A DNA stretch of 64,000 nucleotides from Rhodosorus marinus CCMP1338 (Eukaryota > Plantae > Rhodophyta): positions 744,001-808,000 of the forward strand of contig JAMWBK010000009.1 in NCBI GenBank assembly GCA_029953675.1. Direction: 5' to 3'. The position numbers were made by a program, and so were the translations under genes. Shown in pieces: positions 1-11,694 of this stretch. The notes beneath the pieces are model-generated. The model did not search any database. It worked only from the letters and a program-made list of their open reading frames with translations, and had not been told where the DNA came from. How positions within the stretch are numbered: position 1 is the stretch's first letter; each line of letters starts with the position of its first letter.

Positions 1-1
1 G

Positions 2-546
2 AAGTCGTTTGCCTACTTTATGAACCTGTTGATGGAGACCGTTAGAGATGAAGTTGCTAAGAGTTGTGAGAGGTGAGCACTAGGTTGCAAGATCATATCC
101 GTCTGACTAGTGCGTAAAAAATTGTTCTTCTGTTTCTACTCCAGATGCTAACGTGCGATGCGCTCCCTTTGTGTCTCAAAAAATAGTGCCTTTGACGAGC
201 TGACCTACGCAGCTGCTCAGAAAATGCTGAATCTCGGTATGCACTAGCTGCCAACAAAAGCATGGAAATGTATTGCTCGTGATCGGGGCTTCGCAGTTCC
301 TGGCAGCTGGGCTGATCTTAAATGCGCTGCTTTCGTACTAATGGGTGTCTTGTTTCTGTCTTCCCAGACTCTGTCACTGAGCTCGAGCAGTACAGCATGG
401 ATAGAGGTTGGATCCTCGAGAACTCAACGATACGGTTCGTGAAGGATGTGGAGGGTCTTAAAGACGATAGGAAGATCGAGAAATCAGTTTTTGAGATGAT
501 AGATCGGTCTTTGCATTATGCCGTTGAGCTCGAACGGATTGTGTAG
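2..546 (+). CDS. RPN12: 26S proteasome regulatory subunit RPN12/PSMD8, 3' part (gene starts before window); exons <2-72, 187-236, 368-546
   Basis: Spliced translation KSFAYFMNLLMETVRDEVAKSCE-SAFDELTYAAAQKMLNL-DSVTELEQ...IDRSLHYAVELERIV*. TVRDEIA and the C-terminal YARELERIV are characteristic RPN12 motifs. GT-AG introns 73-186 and 237-367 keep the frame. Confidence 0.93.
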
Positions 547-808
547 CTGTCACAACTCCAAAATCAATTGTGTCAAGGGGAAAACAAACAAAATCCAAGA
601 AAAAGGGGGCCCCATGTCTTTCTTCAAGCGGTTACTCTCTGCAAGCCTTCGCTTGCGGTTTTACGATTAGTACCGAAAAACTAGATAATTAAGTATATAC
701 GGTCTGGCTAACTAGCCGCAGACAGAAAATAATCCATGTACACAACCACTGCCTACGTTGACGTCGTACGCCACAAAACATGCCTGGCGATTCTCGAGAG
801 ATCATAGA

Positions 809-1762
809 CTATAACTCTCCGTTGGGGGTTGAACTATACCTGGTCCGTCCATTCAAGATCGCGCTCAAGCTTGACACCGGCTGGTTCCCCCTTGAAGCTT
901 CCCTTTCCCTAAGCTTTTGCGGACTGTAGGCACTTCCCATGGGAGACGGTATAGGCGAAAAATTCACATACGGCGATATCAAACCTGCATGCCGTGGGGT
1001 CAGATAATTCGCGGACAAAACTCCAGTGCCCACAAGACCGGGTCGCCCGCTTTCTGGAGGAATTCTGTCCATGGAGCGAAGCAGTGAAAAATTCCTGGAG
1101 GCGAGGCCCGTTTGGCTTCTTGGTCGTGGCTCCAAGTTAATCTCAAGCTCATGACTTTCCTGTTGGGCGTTGCCTTGTACAACACTCGGAATCGTGAAAC
1201 TTCTCGATTGGTCTTTCATGCTAGGCAATGGGGGAAGGAATTCTGGCTCGGCTTCGTTGCCCGCTTTGATATCACCGTCTCGCTGAATTTCTGCACTCAC
1301 AGACGGCAATGAATTGCTGCCAATCGATGCTGGTGGTTCGAAAAGCGGTTCCCTTACCAAGGTACTATCTGCGACGGAAGTAGCGCGAACTTCGCCGGCA
1401 GCTACTGGATCAGCGAACGCAGGCCGGTCTCCACGAGGGTTTCCTCTCTCATCCTCATAATCGTTCGTGGCCACCGGGGTCCTTCCGTGTGAATATTGTT
1501 CCTCTGCTTGATCTGAACTTCCTCCCTTGTGACCATTCGCCTCGTGAAATGTCAACGAGGACTTCCACATAAACTTTCTCTTGCATCCTTGAACTGAACA
1601 CTTGTAAGGCATTTCGCCCGTATGCTTCCTCACATGAATCTTACAGTTTGCCTTTTTGTTGAACATACGTCCGCAAAAAGGGCATTTGAAGTTCAAAACG
1701 CCGTTCACGCTCATCACCACCGGGTCATCACCACTCGTCGACTTTGAAGCCGGTCTACCCAT
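809..1762 (-). CDS. C2H2 zinc-finger transcription factor (2 fingers, low-complexity C-terminus), intronless, 317 aa
   Basis: CPFCGRMFNKKANCKIHVRKH-TGEMPY-KCSVQGCKRKFMWKSSLTFHEANGH gives two C2H2 fingers with a TGEKP-type linker. First ATG is at 1762. Confidence 0.9.
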   Translation of the reverse strand: MGRPASKSTSGDDPVVMSVNGVLNFKCPFCGRMFNKKANCKIHVRKHTGEMPYKCSVQGCKRKFMWKSSLTFHEANGHKGGSSDQAEEQYSHGRTPVATNDYEDERGNPRGDRPAFADPVAAGEVRATSVADSTLVREPLFEPPASIGSNSLPSVSAEIQRDGDIKAGNEAEPEFLPPLPSMKDQSRSFTIPSVVQGNAQQESHELEINLEPRPRSQTGLASRNFSLLRSMDRIPPESGRPGLVGTGVLSANYLTPRHAGLISPYVNFSPIPSPMGSAYSPQKLREREASRGNQPVSSLSAILNGRTRYSSTPNGEL

Positions 1763-4700
1763 CTTCAGCCAAAAAAAAGAAAAAAAAACCACCAAACCGC
1801 ACTGTCGGAATCACAGCTCCAGCTAGCTCCAGCTGAAGAAGACCAAAACCCCTCCAAAAACACAGAAACAAAAGCCGAAACTCTTCTACCTCTACAAACA
1901 CTCCACCAGTACGCCTTCACCTCAAATCAAAAATGCGCCGTCCAACCAGCCACATATACATACAACATCATTTCTCCTTGAAAGTCAAACCAAACCTTTC
2001 CTCTCCGCGCAGTAGATCAACACAAAACGTCCTTGGCAACTCTATGCAACATAACCCATACTCCAGTTACCCCAAAACCTATCCATCCCTCCCACAAGAC
2101 CTCCCCTTTCCCTCCCCTTTCCCAACCCAACCCCGTTTGCCCCATAGACATACCAGACCCGCCTCCCCCAAAACGTCAGAAGTGATCACTCAAAACCAAG
2201 CAAAAACCCTAAATCCATGATAACGAGCGATTCTTCCAAAACCCCACTCTCCATATCAGAAACCTGCCTTTCCTACCCGATTCTTAAGTCGACCCTAAAT
2301 AACCTCCCAACCAACCCCTACTATTTTTAGGGTCTCAAATTGAATCCCACCTCTAAAATATGTTTCATATATGAACCCGCGATGTACAAGCGGTTCTAAC
2401 ACTTCCCCCCCTCTCTGGGGCAGCACTCGCCCCACCCCATGCACCCTTTCCTTGTTTTCTTAAATATGATAACCCTAGTCAGGGAGCAGCCGCTTCTCCG
2501 GAACAGCGTGACTAACCGCACGGGAATGAATATTTTAAATTTCTATTGGGTGTTGACAGTAGCACCAAATCTGTTTAGTGCAACCAACAGGGGTGTAGAA
2601 GGCCAACACCATGTTTTTCTAGGTTGTAAAATAGATATTTTTAGTCCTACAAGGAGCTTTAATAGGCTCAACATCCCAAAAAAAGAAGGCTAGAATTTAT
2701 GTGTATTTTACCATCTTTTAAAACGGTCCGCTTTGGAAGGAAGAAAAAAAGAACGTTGAGTTTTTTGGGGATGTCCTCCGCAGGTGCAATTTATTTCTTC
2801 TATTATTTAATATCAAACTGGAGTCGAGATGATTTGGCCCAACTTGTATCTAAAAAAGTCCGGATTTGTGGGAAGCGGAAAATTGAGTTCTGATTGGTCA
2901 AGCCGGCTTTTTTATGTAAATATGTTCCTCAAGCCCTCATAGCATTATATGAATGCACAACACGGTCCAAACCCCCCCTGTTGCGCACAAGAAATTTCTC
3001 TCTCGGTAATAGCAAAGGGTGGGCAGAATAAACTCAGCAGGACTGGGTTTATTATATAGAGAATTTTTACGGCTGCTTGTCCATTTGGAAGTGTACCAAA
3101 TTTCTTTACATTCGGCTTCAACAAAAAAGGGGAAGGCAGGGGGGAGAAACGCGGAAGCCTCGGTGCCCAGCAATCAGTCAATAGTTGTCAGGTACGGGGG
3201 TATCTGTAATCAAAAATTAGAGCATGAATATATTTGGTGGTTAGTGGTTGGATGCTTTTCTTGGAAAGAGCGACGTAGAACGCTAAATTTCACTGACAGA
3301 AGTTCCTTGTTCTTGCTCTTGCAGACTACAATTACAATTATTAATCAGTGCTTATTCAGAGACAAGAAACTACTCGGAGAGAAGGAAAACTACACCAGAC
3401 AGGGAGACCTAAAGAGGTATTTGAATTGTAAATAATTATTTCCCATACTGGAATATGTTTGTGATACTGTGTGGTCAGGTTTTACCCCTTGGCGATCAGC
3501 CGCTATATCCCTGTCATCTTTTATTTTATTTTTAACGTATCCGGCATCAACTATATGATTTCTTCAACACCCCTGGTAAGAAGTTTACACCGTACCTCCA
3601 ATTGTTTTTGAAAAATGGAAGAGCTAGGGGGGCCGCCTGCCAACGATGACAAACGCTCCCTCGATCCGAGAATAAAACTCAACCCAAGGGCAACTCTAAT
3701 CCGGTATTTCGGTTTTATAGTTGGTTGCTTCTTTTTTTCCGAACGGATCGGGAAGGTTCGAAAAGGGGGGGGAGGTATCCCAACACGCGGCTACCACAAT
3801 TCGGGTATTTTTGTCCTCTTGTTTACAAGTTGTTAAAGATAGATTGAAGATCCGTTTATTCAGAGATTCGTGTATGCTGCTTCCGCTTCCGGTTTTTTTT
3901 TTCTTTTTTTGTAGCGCCGATTGAAATGAAAGAGCTCGCCGATTCAAACTTTCATCAATCAATTTAAGTGTCATTCGCAAGCTGCGGACTCGGTTGATCT
4001 AAATTGTACATCGATTATATAAATTGTAAATCGAGGAAGAAATTGAAGAGTGCTGCCTTCTCGAAGTATTTTCTGTACACTTAATGCCAAGATAACCTCT
4101 CTGAAACGATTGGGTATCGTGAGCGATAAACAGGAGAAGACAAACAAGAGGTTCGACTGAAGCGCTCAGAAAAAGAGGATTCCTGTGCCCTATGGATGGG
4201 GCGTTTTTAAGAAGTGTACGGTTTTCTAGTAGTCGGAAGTACAAATATTAGTAAATTACAATCACTAAAAGAAGTAGTGCTGAATGCACTGTAGAACCGC
4301 TGGAAAGAATGAAAAGAACAAACACTTTTATCTTCACGGCCAATTTTTCCAAAGTTGCCGATGTTCCTTTGGGACTAAGCGGGTATTTCATAAGCTATAG
4401 TGTAGTCGGATACTGGCCCTTTTGCTCGCTCTCTTTAGGGCCAGCAGAATCTTGTACTGTTGAATTGTTGATTAAGTCATGGATGCCGTGGACTGGAAGA
4501 CGGATTGAGTGGCCTTGTGCATATACACGTTTGTCTTCTGTAGTTAAATAGTTGACTGGAATAGTACGCTTTCCTACCGGACAAGGATGGTGCTTGACTG
4601 AGCTGTTGCAGAAGATTTTCCCCTTGAACTGGTTTTGACGGAGTTCATTCAATCCTGGTTCCGTCACGCCCAACACTCGTATCAATAAAGCGCTGATTGA

Positions 4701-5718
4701 AGGACGACCCTTACTGATCGAAGTTGTTCGGAAAGAAAACAACTTCCTAGAGCAAATTCCTGCTGTTATGATCTCATTCGCATCGGCTCCGGATCCAGTG
4801 TTTCTCAAGTTCGGTTCGTTTCCCGAATGTTAGGATTAAGCTTAACGAGCCACGGATCAAGTCTACTGTGTAGAATAATGAAGAGAAAAAGTAGCTCAGG
4901 TCTTCGCAGACCTTTGTGAGCTTCGGATGAAAAGGGAAACTTGACATCAGAACGACACTAGCAAGAACCGCGGTGTAGCTCTATAATGGGCAATGTCTTG
5001 AGGGCAAATGCAGGCATGGTCTTGGCAGAGATCTCAGCCGTGGACTAATGGAGCCCACCTCGAAAAAGGATGGTCTTCCTCTCTATACTCATACGGGTTT
5101 TTGCAGAGATATGGTCTAGTTGGGTAGGCATAGTGTGCGTTATGCCTTGCACTAACCATCAGGACCGGTTTCTCAGGCCTGCTGGACGAGGAAGCGTGTT
5201 CTCTGCGCTGCAGGGAGTGCCGAGGGTGGGGGGGCGAACTTCCTGCCGGTGGAGGACGACTTCCCATTGGCTACGAGGGTTTACTCAGCAAACCCACGTC
5301 CACAGGGTGAAACTATTCGAGTGCTTGGGGATGAGTACTTGTAGTATATTGTGCTCGGGCGTACTAGTACAAACCACAAGCCAGGTGTCGACAGCTAAGA
5401 GAGCAAGCGAGCCGCGAGCGCGAGAAATCTGACAGACCAATGCGTACTTGGGAGGGTTCTATTGGCTCCTGGTGGAAGTTGTTCTTCTTAAAGATTTATG
5501 TGAGAAACCCACACCTTGGGGAGATGCCACAGTGCTATTGATTCTAGACGAAAGTTGGCTGCACGTCGCCGCCAATCACACGAATAACATATATACAAAA
5601 AAGTCCAACTCCACTCCACCTAGGGTTCGAGGTCCAGACGCACTTCTTCCTCCGGGACGAGAAGGAACATTGTTTTCAAGCGCATTGTGAGAAGAGAAAT
5701 TAAATACCAAAAACTGAC

Positions 5719-7410
5719 TTAGCGGTTCGTCTCCAGCGCAACTGGACCATAGCCTCCCCATCTGCCATAGTCTGCTGCCCCGCCGGCTATGGTACTGCCG
5801 TTTGCACCTGTCTTCTTGTGCGTTTTTGCTTTGGCCTTTTTCGCTAAAGCTCTAAGGTCCATCCCCATTGACGCGAACTGCGCGAGATGTTGCTGCTGCT
5901 GCTTCTGTTGAGGCGCTCTCAAAACAGTAGCGAATGGGTTTGCGGGAGGCATCTTGGGCTTGGGTCCTTCGGTTTCTGCTTGACCTTTTCTCCCGCGAAC
6001 AAACTCCAATGCCTCCTGAATGTCCTTGTTGTTCGGCGATATTTCCAGTGCTCGCTCGAACGCCTCGACGGAGTCTTCGGGCTGATTGCATGCGTGGTAC
6101 AGCGCGGCCAGGTTATACCAAACCTCATAGACGTACGGGTTCATTCGAATCGCTCTTGTGTAAGCATCCATCGCGTCCTTATACTGCATCTGTGCACTAT
6201 ACAAAACTCCAATCGTGCACCAGTAAAAAGGATTGTGATTATCCACGAAAATCGCCTGCTGTAGAGCGGTGTAAGCTAATTGATATTCCTTTCTGTCGAT
6301 ATAGATACGTGCAGTGAGATAGGACCCATGAGCTTCACTCTGGCTGTTCTCAACCGCCTTTTGGAGAATCTGCAAAGCTTCATCGCTCTTATGCGCTCGA
6401 TGGAGCAACCACGCATATTGCTGAAGGACTTTCGTAGTTTTGGGATTAACCTGAAGAGATGCTTGATACGCTTCCATCGCCTGCTCGGTATCCCCTTGCA
6501 GCTCGTACACATGCCCTATCAAGAACAGAGTATCTGCCCTCGACAACGGCAGGGGCTGTGATTCATCCGCAGTCCCTAGCATAGTGATTACACGGTTCAG
6601 GCAGTCGAGCGCATTCGCGTACTCCTCCTTTTCCTTGTAAGTAATGCCAATATAAAACATCACTTCCTCCTTTTGCTCAAAGTTGGGGTCCACGTTCAAG
6701 ACTTCCAAAAATGCTTCCAGGGCGAGGTCCAGAGATCCCACGTGATCGTGGAGAAGCCCGATTCCATACCAAAGATCAGGATCATCTGCCACCTCAATGA
6801 AAGTCAAAGCCTTGCAGTATGCTTCATACGCCAACGGCAGATCCTCTTTGTTAACAAAGCAATGACCTAAGATCCCCCAGGCGCGTCCTACGCGTTGCAA
6901 GTCAAACAAGTGATAAACTGTGTCAGGGCACCCATGTATGTCTCCAGATCCGCAACTAAATTGGAGCTTACCGTTTTCGGGATCAATCTCCAGAGCTTTC
7001 TTGACGTACTTGACGGCCTGTCAAGACAAACAGGAAAATCGCAGAGGCAAAGCCGTTAGAAATTTGTGAGATATTATATCCCATGTCGAAGATGAATCAG
7101 CTCTGCTTTTGGAACGCACCTCCTCGTAGTCCTTTGCCTTCGCGAGTATAGATCCGATTTCTAAAGCCGCGGTGCCGTTGTTCGGATTCTGCATCAGCAC
7201 TGTCTTGTACTCAGCTATGGCACCCTCACTCTCATCCATTGTTGCACGAAGGGAGGCGAAACGCATCCAGACAGCTTCGCGAGCAGCTCGCAGTCTGGCC
7301 TCAACTTCGGGGTGCAACTGATTCAAGGATCTTATTCTAGCTTCGTAGGCCAAATCTCGACCGCCTCTCAGCTTTCCGAAATCTTTTCGCCCCTTCATAG
7401 TGTTTTTCAT
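5719..7410 (-). CDS. SSN6: Ssn6/Cyc8-like TPR general transcriptional corepressor; exons 7410-7120, 7017-6972, 6887-5719
   Basis: Spliced ...DPENGRAWGILGHCF...AYEAY...DDPDLWYGIGLLHD...NPFYWCTIGVLYSAQMQYKDAMDAYTRAIRMNPYVYEVWYNLAALY matches the Ssn6/TrfA/UTX TPR array. Introns 7018-7119 and 6888-6971 are GT-AG and in frame. Start codon is uncertain (7410 or 7398). Confidence 0.85.
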
Positions 7411-10400
7411 ACCCAACCTTCTCTCAAAACACTCACTCTCTCTCTCACTCCTCAAATCAACCTCATCGAGGCTTCCGACTATTTACCAAAACCATGATCC
7501 CATACTAATCCTGAAACCCATAACTTCCACACAGATCCACTGACGACGCCAATCTATTTCTTCGCAAGAGTTTCAAATCGCTTCCAGGTCCCCCAAAAGC
7601 TACACGGATGCAGAACACTCACACAGCGCAAGAAATCCAGGATACAAGTAGTACCACCAAGACCTCACCGCCTACCCCCCCCCCGCCGAAAAAAAAAAAC
7701 GCACTACGGTTTCCTTGTTCACCACCTTTCCCACCCGAATTCATGAACACCACCCACACCAAAACAGAAATCCCATTTGTCAGCTAGTAACCGTACAAAT
7801 CAATCAAACAAACACATAAAACACTCACAATAAGCGGGAGAAGCTAGATTAGAATAATCACAAACAACCCGCCCCCGGCCCCGCCCACACACCCACACCC
7901 AAACCCACGCCGAGCCCTTTTATCCACCGGCCCTTGTATCTCTCCTCATTCCCCACGCCCCTGCCCCTTACTAGTGACCAGCACAGCTCTCTCATCACTC
8001 CACTACCCCCTTTCAAAAAAACCAAAACCCCAACCCGCTTAATGACACAATGAAATGAGATCCCCGAAATCCAGAGCAAAACAGAAAGAGAGAGGGAGAG
8101 AGGCAGAGAGGCAGAGGAGGACCAAAAGCCCGGAAGCAATCCGAAACCCCCCTGATCCACAAGGGGGAAAAAAAACGCCAATGGTGCAGCTCGGCTAAGG
8201 ACGACCCTTTTTCAATTGTTTTCAATACACGGAGCACAAATACCCTCTGCATGATTTTTTTTCCCACCTTTTCGTGTTTTTTTTTTGGTTTGTGGAGGCA
8301 TATACAAGTCGTTGAAATAATTTCCAAAACACAAGGATATCGTTCACGCGGACTACCGGTTCTTTTTTTCCAGCATCGAAGAATCATCGTTGTCCTATTC
8401 CGTTCCGTTCCCCCCCCCCGGGGTGTCGGGGAGGGGTTTCGGTTCTTTATTAAAGGGTTTTTCTCGGGCGATAAGACAGGTGTACTGTCGCATCCCTGTC
8501 GCATCCAGGAAAAGCGAGAAGGGGGTGGAGAACTTTTTATAGTATTTTGAAAACGAGAGCAAAAAACACAGGAGTCCTCAGTTTTCCAGAAAAATCGGTG
8601 CCTGCCTTTGAACACTACTATGCTTCTCAAGATGAACGAACCCTAACCCCTGGATAGGGTAAATGGTCCCTGTTCGTTTTCTTAGTAATCCGAGTGCCGT
8701 CAACATATTGACGTAAAACCGTACCCCTGCCCCTAACGCCGAGATGTAAATACTCTTCCCTAAATCTTTCGACTAGGATCGCTGACACCTTTTATCGTTT
8801 TTTGTACATTTTCGCACTTTTGGCTACATGAGGACCAGCCCTTTGACTGTAGGGGAGTATCCCAAAACTACAATAACATCCCCCTCCATTTCATTCCACC
8901 TCAAATCTTTTTCCACCTCCTAACCTTCAACATATCCCCTCCCATCCCCCCCCCCCCTTTCCAACCTTATTTCTTGATTTTTTTTCTCCTATAGCTAGAA
9001 ATGAGATAATTCGTTTTCTTTGGGTAAGTACTTTTTTTTTCCCCTCCCAAAGGGGTTTTAAGACATGACCTTGAACACAAGCAGACTGGGAAGCAAAAAA
9101 AGGGAAAAAAGAAATATTGCTTCTCCACATCCGGCCCCGGAGAACCATACCCTCCCCCCCCCTCCCCTCCTACCCAAACCCGCCAAACCCCCTCACCTTT
9201 CTCCCATAAAAATGACTCAAAAAATTCGAAATTAGTATTATTCAACCAGATCGGGGGATAGTCTCCAACAGGGAATAGTATATTTTATTTTTGGACTGAA
9301 TTGACCGATCAATTTTTCTCCAATTTTTGAAAGTGTGACATTAGAACAGGTAGAAAGTATATGCCCTGGATGGTCCCTTATGAAATGAGATTCATGTTTG
9401 TTAGGAGAAACTATAACACCTTTTTTCGCGATGATTTACTGCGAGGTTACGTGTACTTGGCTGGTACTTCCTTTGAGTTTTTCTTCTTCAATTTGTGTTG
9501 TTCTAGAATTTCTTTGTGGGTAGTTTCCGCGTTCGCAGAAAGACTTTTTTGATGTTTTTTTTTTGAAATGAGGGTGTGGTTCCATAGCATACCTTTTTTA
9601 GAAAAATCTAGCCTTCTTATTTTGCGAGCAGAAAGCGGGAATTTTTTTTTTTTTCCTTTTATCGTCTTTTAGTATCTGAATTGGATTGTTGGTATTTTCT
9701 TTATGTCTAGTCCGAAAAACAAACACGAAATTGCTGAGGGACGGTTGATTTCTTGATCAATATTTTAATTTTGTTTTGCTTTGCCCGCGGTAAACGCAAG
9801 GTTTTGTTCGGCCTTGCGGACGGATGATTCAATTTGTTCGTCGTGGTAGTCGAGGATGCTCGACAAAACCTGGGTCCGCTTGTGGACTATTGGCGGGGCG
9901 GTCCCTGGCTCCCGTAATAGTGACTTTGGGCACAACCATCAATCAGGACCTGGCTTCGTTTACATCTGATAGAGTGTGGGGGAACTCAAAAGAAAAGTGA
10001 AACTGCCATGCTTGGGGCCCTTGGCCCGACTCTGGTCACTCGCCGTCCGTTTTACGGCTTTGCGTTTGGTTGTTCATGCCAAGCTGCAGGTGGCTCTGTG
10101 TCCCTATTCCTTGGCTCGACTTTGCGCGAAAATGATCATGAAGCTCCAGTGCAGAGTAATGAGCAGAATACTATCCCGCTGTACGGGCGTCTTGAGCTCG
10201 GTGGAATCGCGCAAATGTGAACTGGTGGTGCTGGTTGAGAGACACGCTGGTCTGGAGGTCTCAGTCAGTTTAGCTCGGTCCTTCAGAAGGTATGAATCGG
10301 ACCTAGGTTTAGTTCGCATGCGCAAGCATCCGAAACGCTCAACCGGCACAGAAACACTTTTCTCTGCGCGAGCTTGGGATCTCCGTTTGCAGATTGACAT

Positions 10401-11694
10401 TGTTGTTTACTGCATCACTTTTCACTCAAGCATTTCCCTCCCGCACTTGAACTGTGCCAAAGCAACATGTTTGTGTTATACTAGTACAGAAAATAAGGAG
10501 AGAGCAAGAAAGCTAGAGCACGGCAGCGATCAGGAATAGTGCCGCAGCAGGTATTAGTCCTCAGTGGAGCACGACGGGTATTCCTTGGATCCATACAGAA
10601 AGTCACAGTCCCCCAAGAGTAAACACAAACACAGTTCTTTAACGCGTGGCAAGTCTAACAGATCCGGCTATCGTTGACAGAAATCCTAGATTATTGTCCG
10701 ATCCCCCCAGAATCGTTTTCATCCCTTGCTCGGCAAAACCCCAATATAATTCATATCACTCGCCTGCGCGAGATCTTCAGTAAACCCCTTTTTTCAATCA
10801 TTGTTTTCAAAATACACAGCAGAACAACCGTTCCCAATTTGAAAACAAAACAAACCCACCCCAAGGACCCCCGAAAGCGGAAAAACAGGAACACAACAAC
10901 AAAAAACTTACATATTTACAATCAGGTTTTCAACGTCGCCTAAGGGATCCGAGAGCTGCGCGCCCCACCCAGGTCGAGTTAATCGTCAGCGACGAAATAA
11001 TTAGTGACAATGGATTTGTGCGTGTAATTGTGTCTGTGTGGTTTGTTTGTTTTTTCTTTCGTTTGAGGTAGTTTAACGGTCGATCAAGAAATCTTTATAA
11101 GTTTTATAACTATTTATATGGTCTTCGTTCCAATCTTCTTCCGAGCTATCCATGAAAAGCATAAATTTTGGCTGCGTATGTCTTTGTTGAAAAGAAGGAA
11201 AATATTGTAACTTATAGTGCGTGCGAAAAATTGTTTGGAGATATGAGACTAGGTTTTTTTAGAAATCTAATCTTTATGATGATGATGTTAAAACTGGGAC
11301 ATGCTCCTGGAACGGCCAATTATGATTTGTCCCATATCGTTTTTTGGGACATCCTCTGTGTGTCTCTCCCCGTTTTTCAAAGAAATTTTGCCTTTCCTGA
11401 AAAAAACTTGTCATCTGGAAACCGAATGGTAAATTATGCAAAGCGGAGCTCTGCAAGATGTGCAGGCCGTGGGTTTGTTTAAGAGGTGCGAGAGGACCTG
11501 TAGTGCTGTCTTGATTGAGGTGTATTCCAATACATGAGAAGAAGGGGAAATTTCAAAGGAACTGTTCACGCTAATGCTTGGATACACCTGATGGCGTCTC
11601 ATTCGCCATTTAGTCGATTTTCACGAAGAAAAACTATGTCCATAAGCTTAATGATCCTATCCTATACACCTGCTACACAATATGACAACATTCC

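Noticed and set aside
5620-5640. GGTTCGA T-loop-like motifs (also ~1335, ~3755)
   Set aside because: There is no cloverleaf, acceptor stem or D-arm around them.
7858-8630. ORFs in low-complexity leaders (also 1933-2220, 14896-15246, 33708-33982, 40729-41322, 59833-60129)
   Set aside because: They are compositionally biased G/T or C/A tracts depleted of stops, with no domains and often non-ATG starts.
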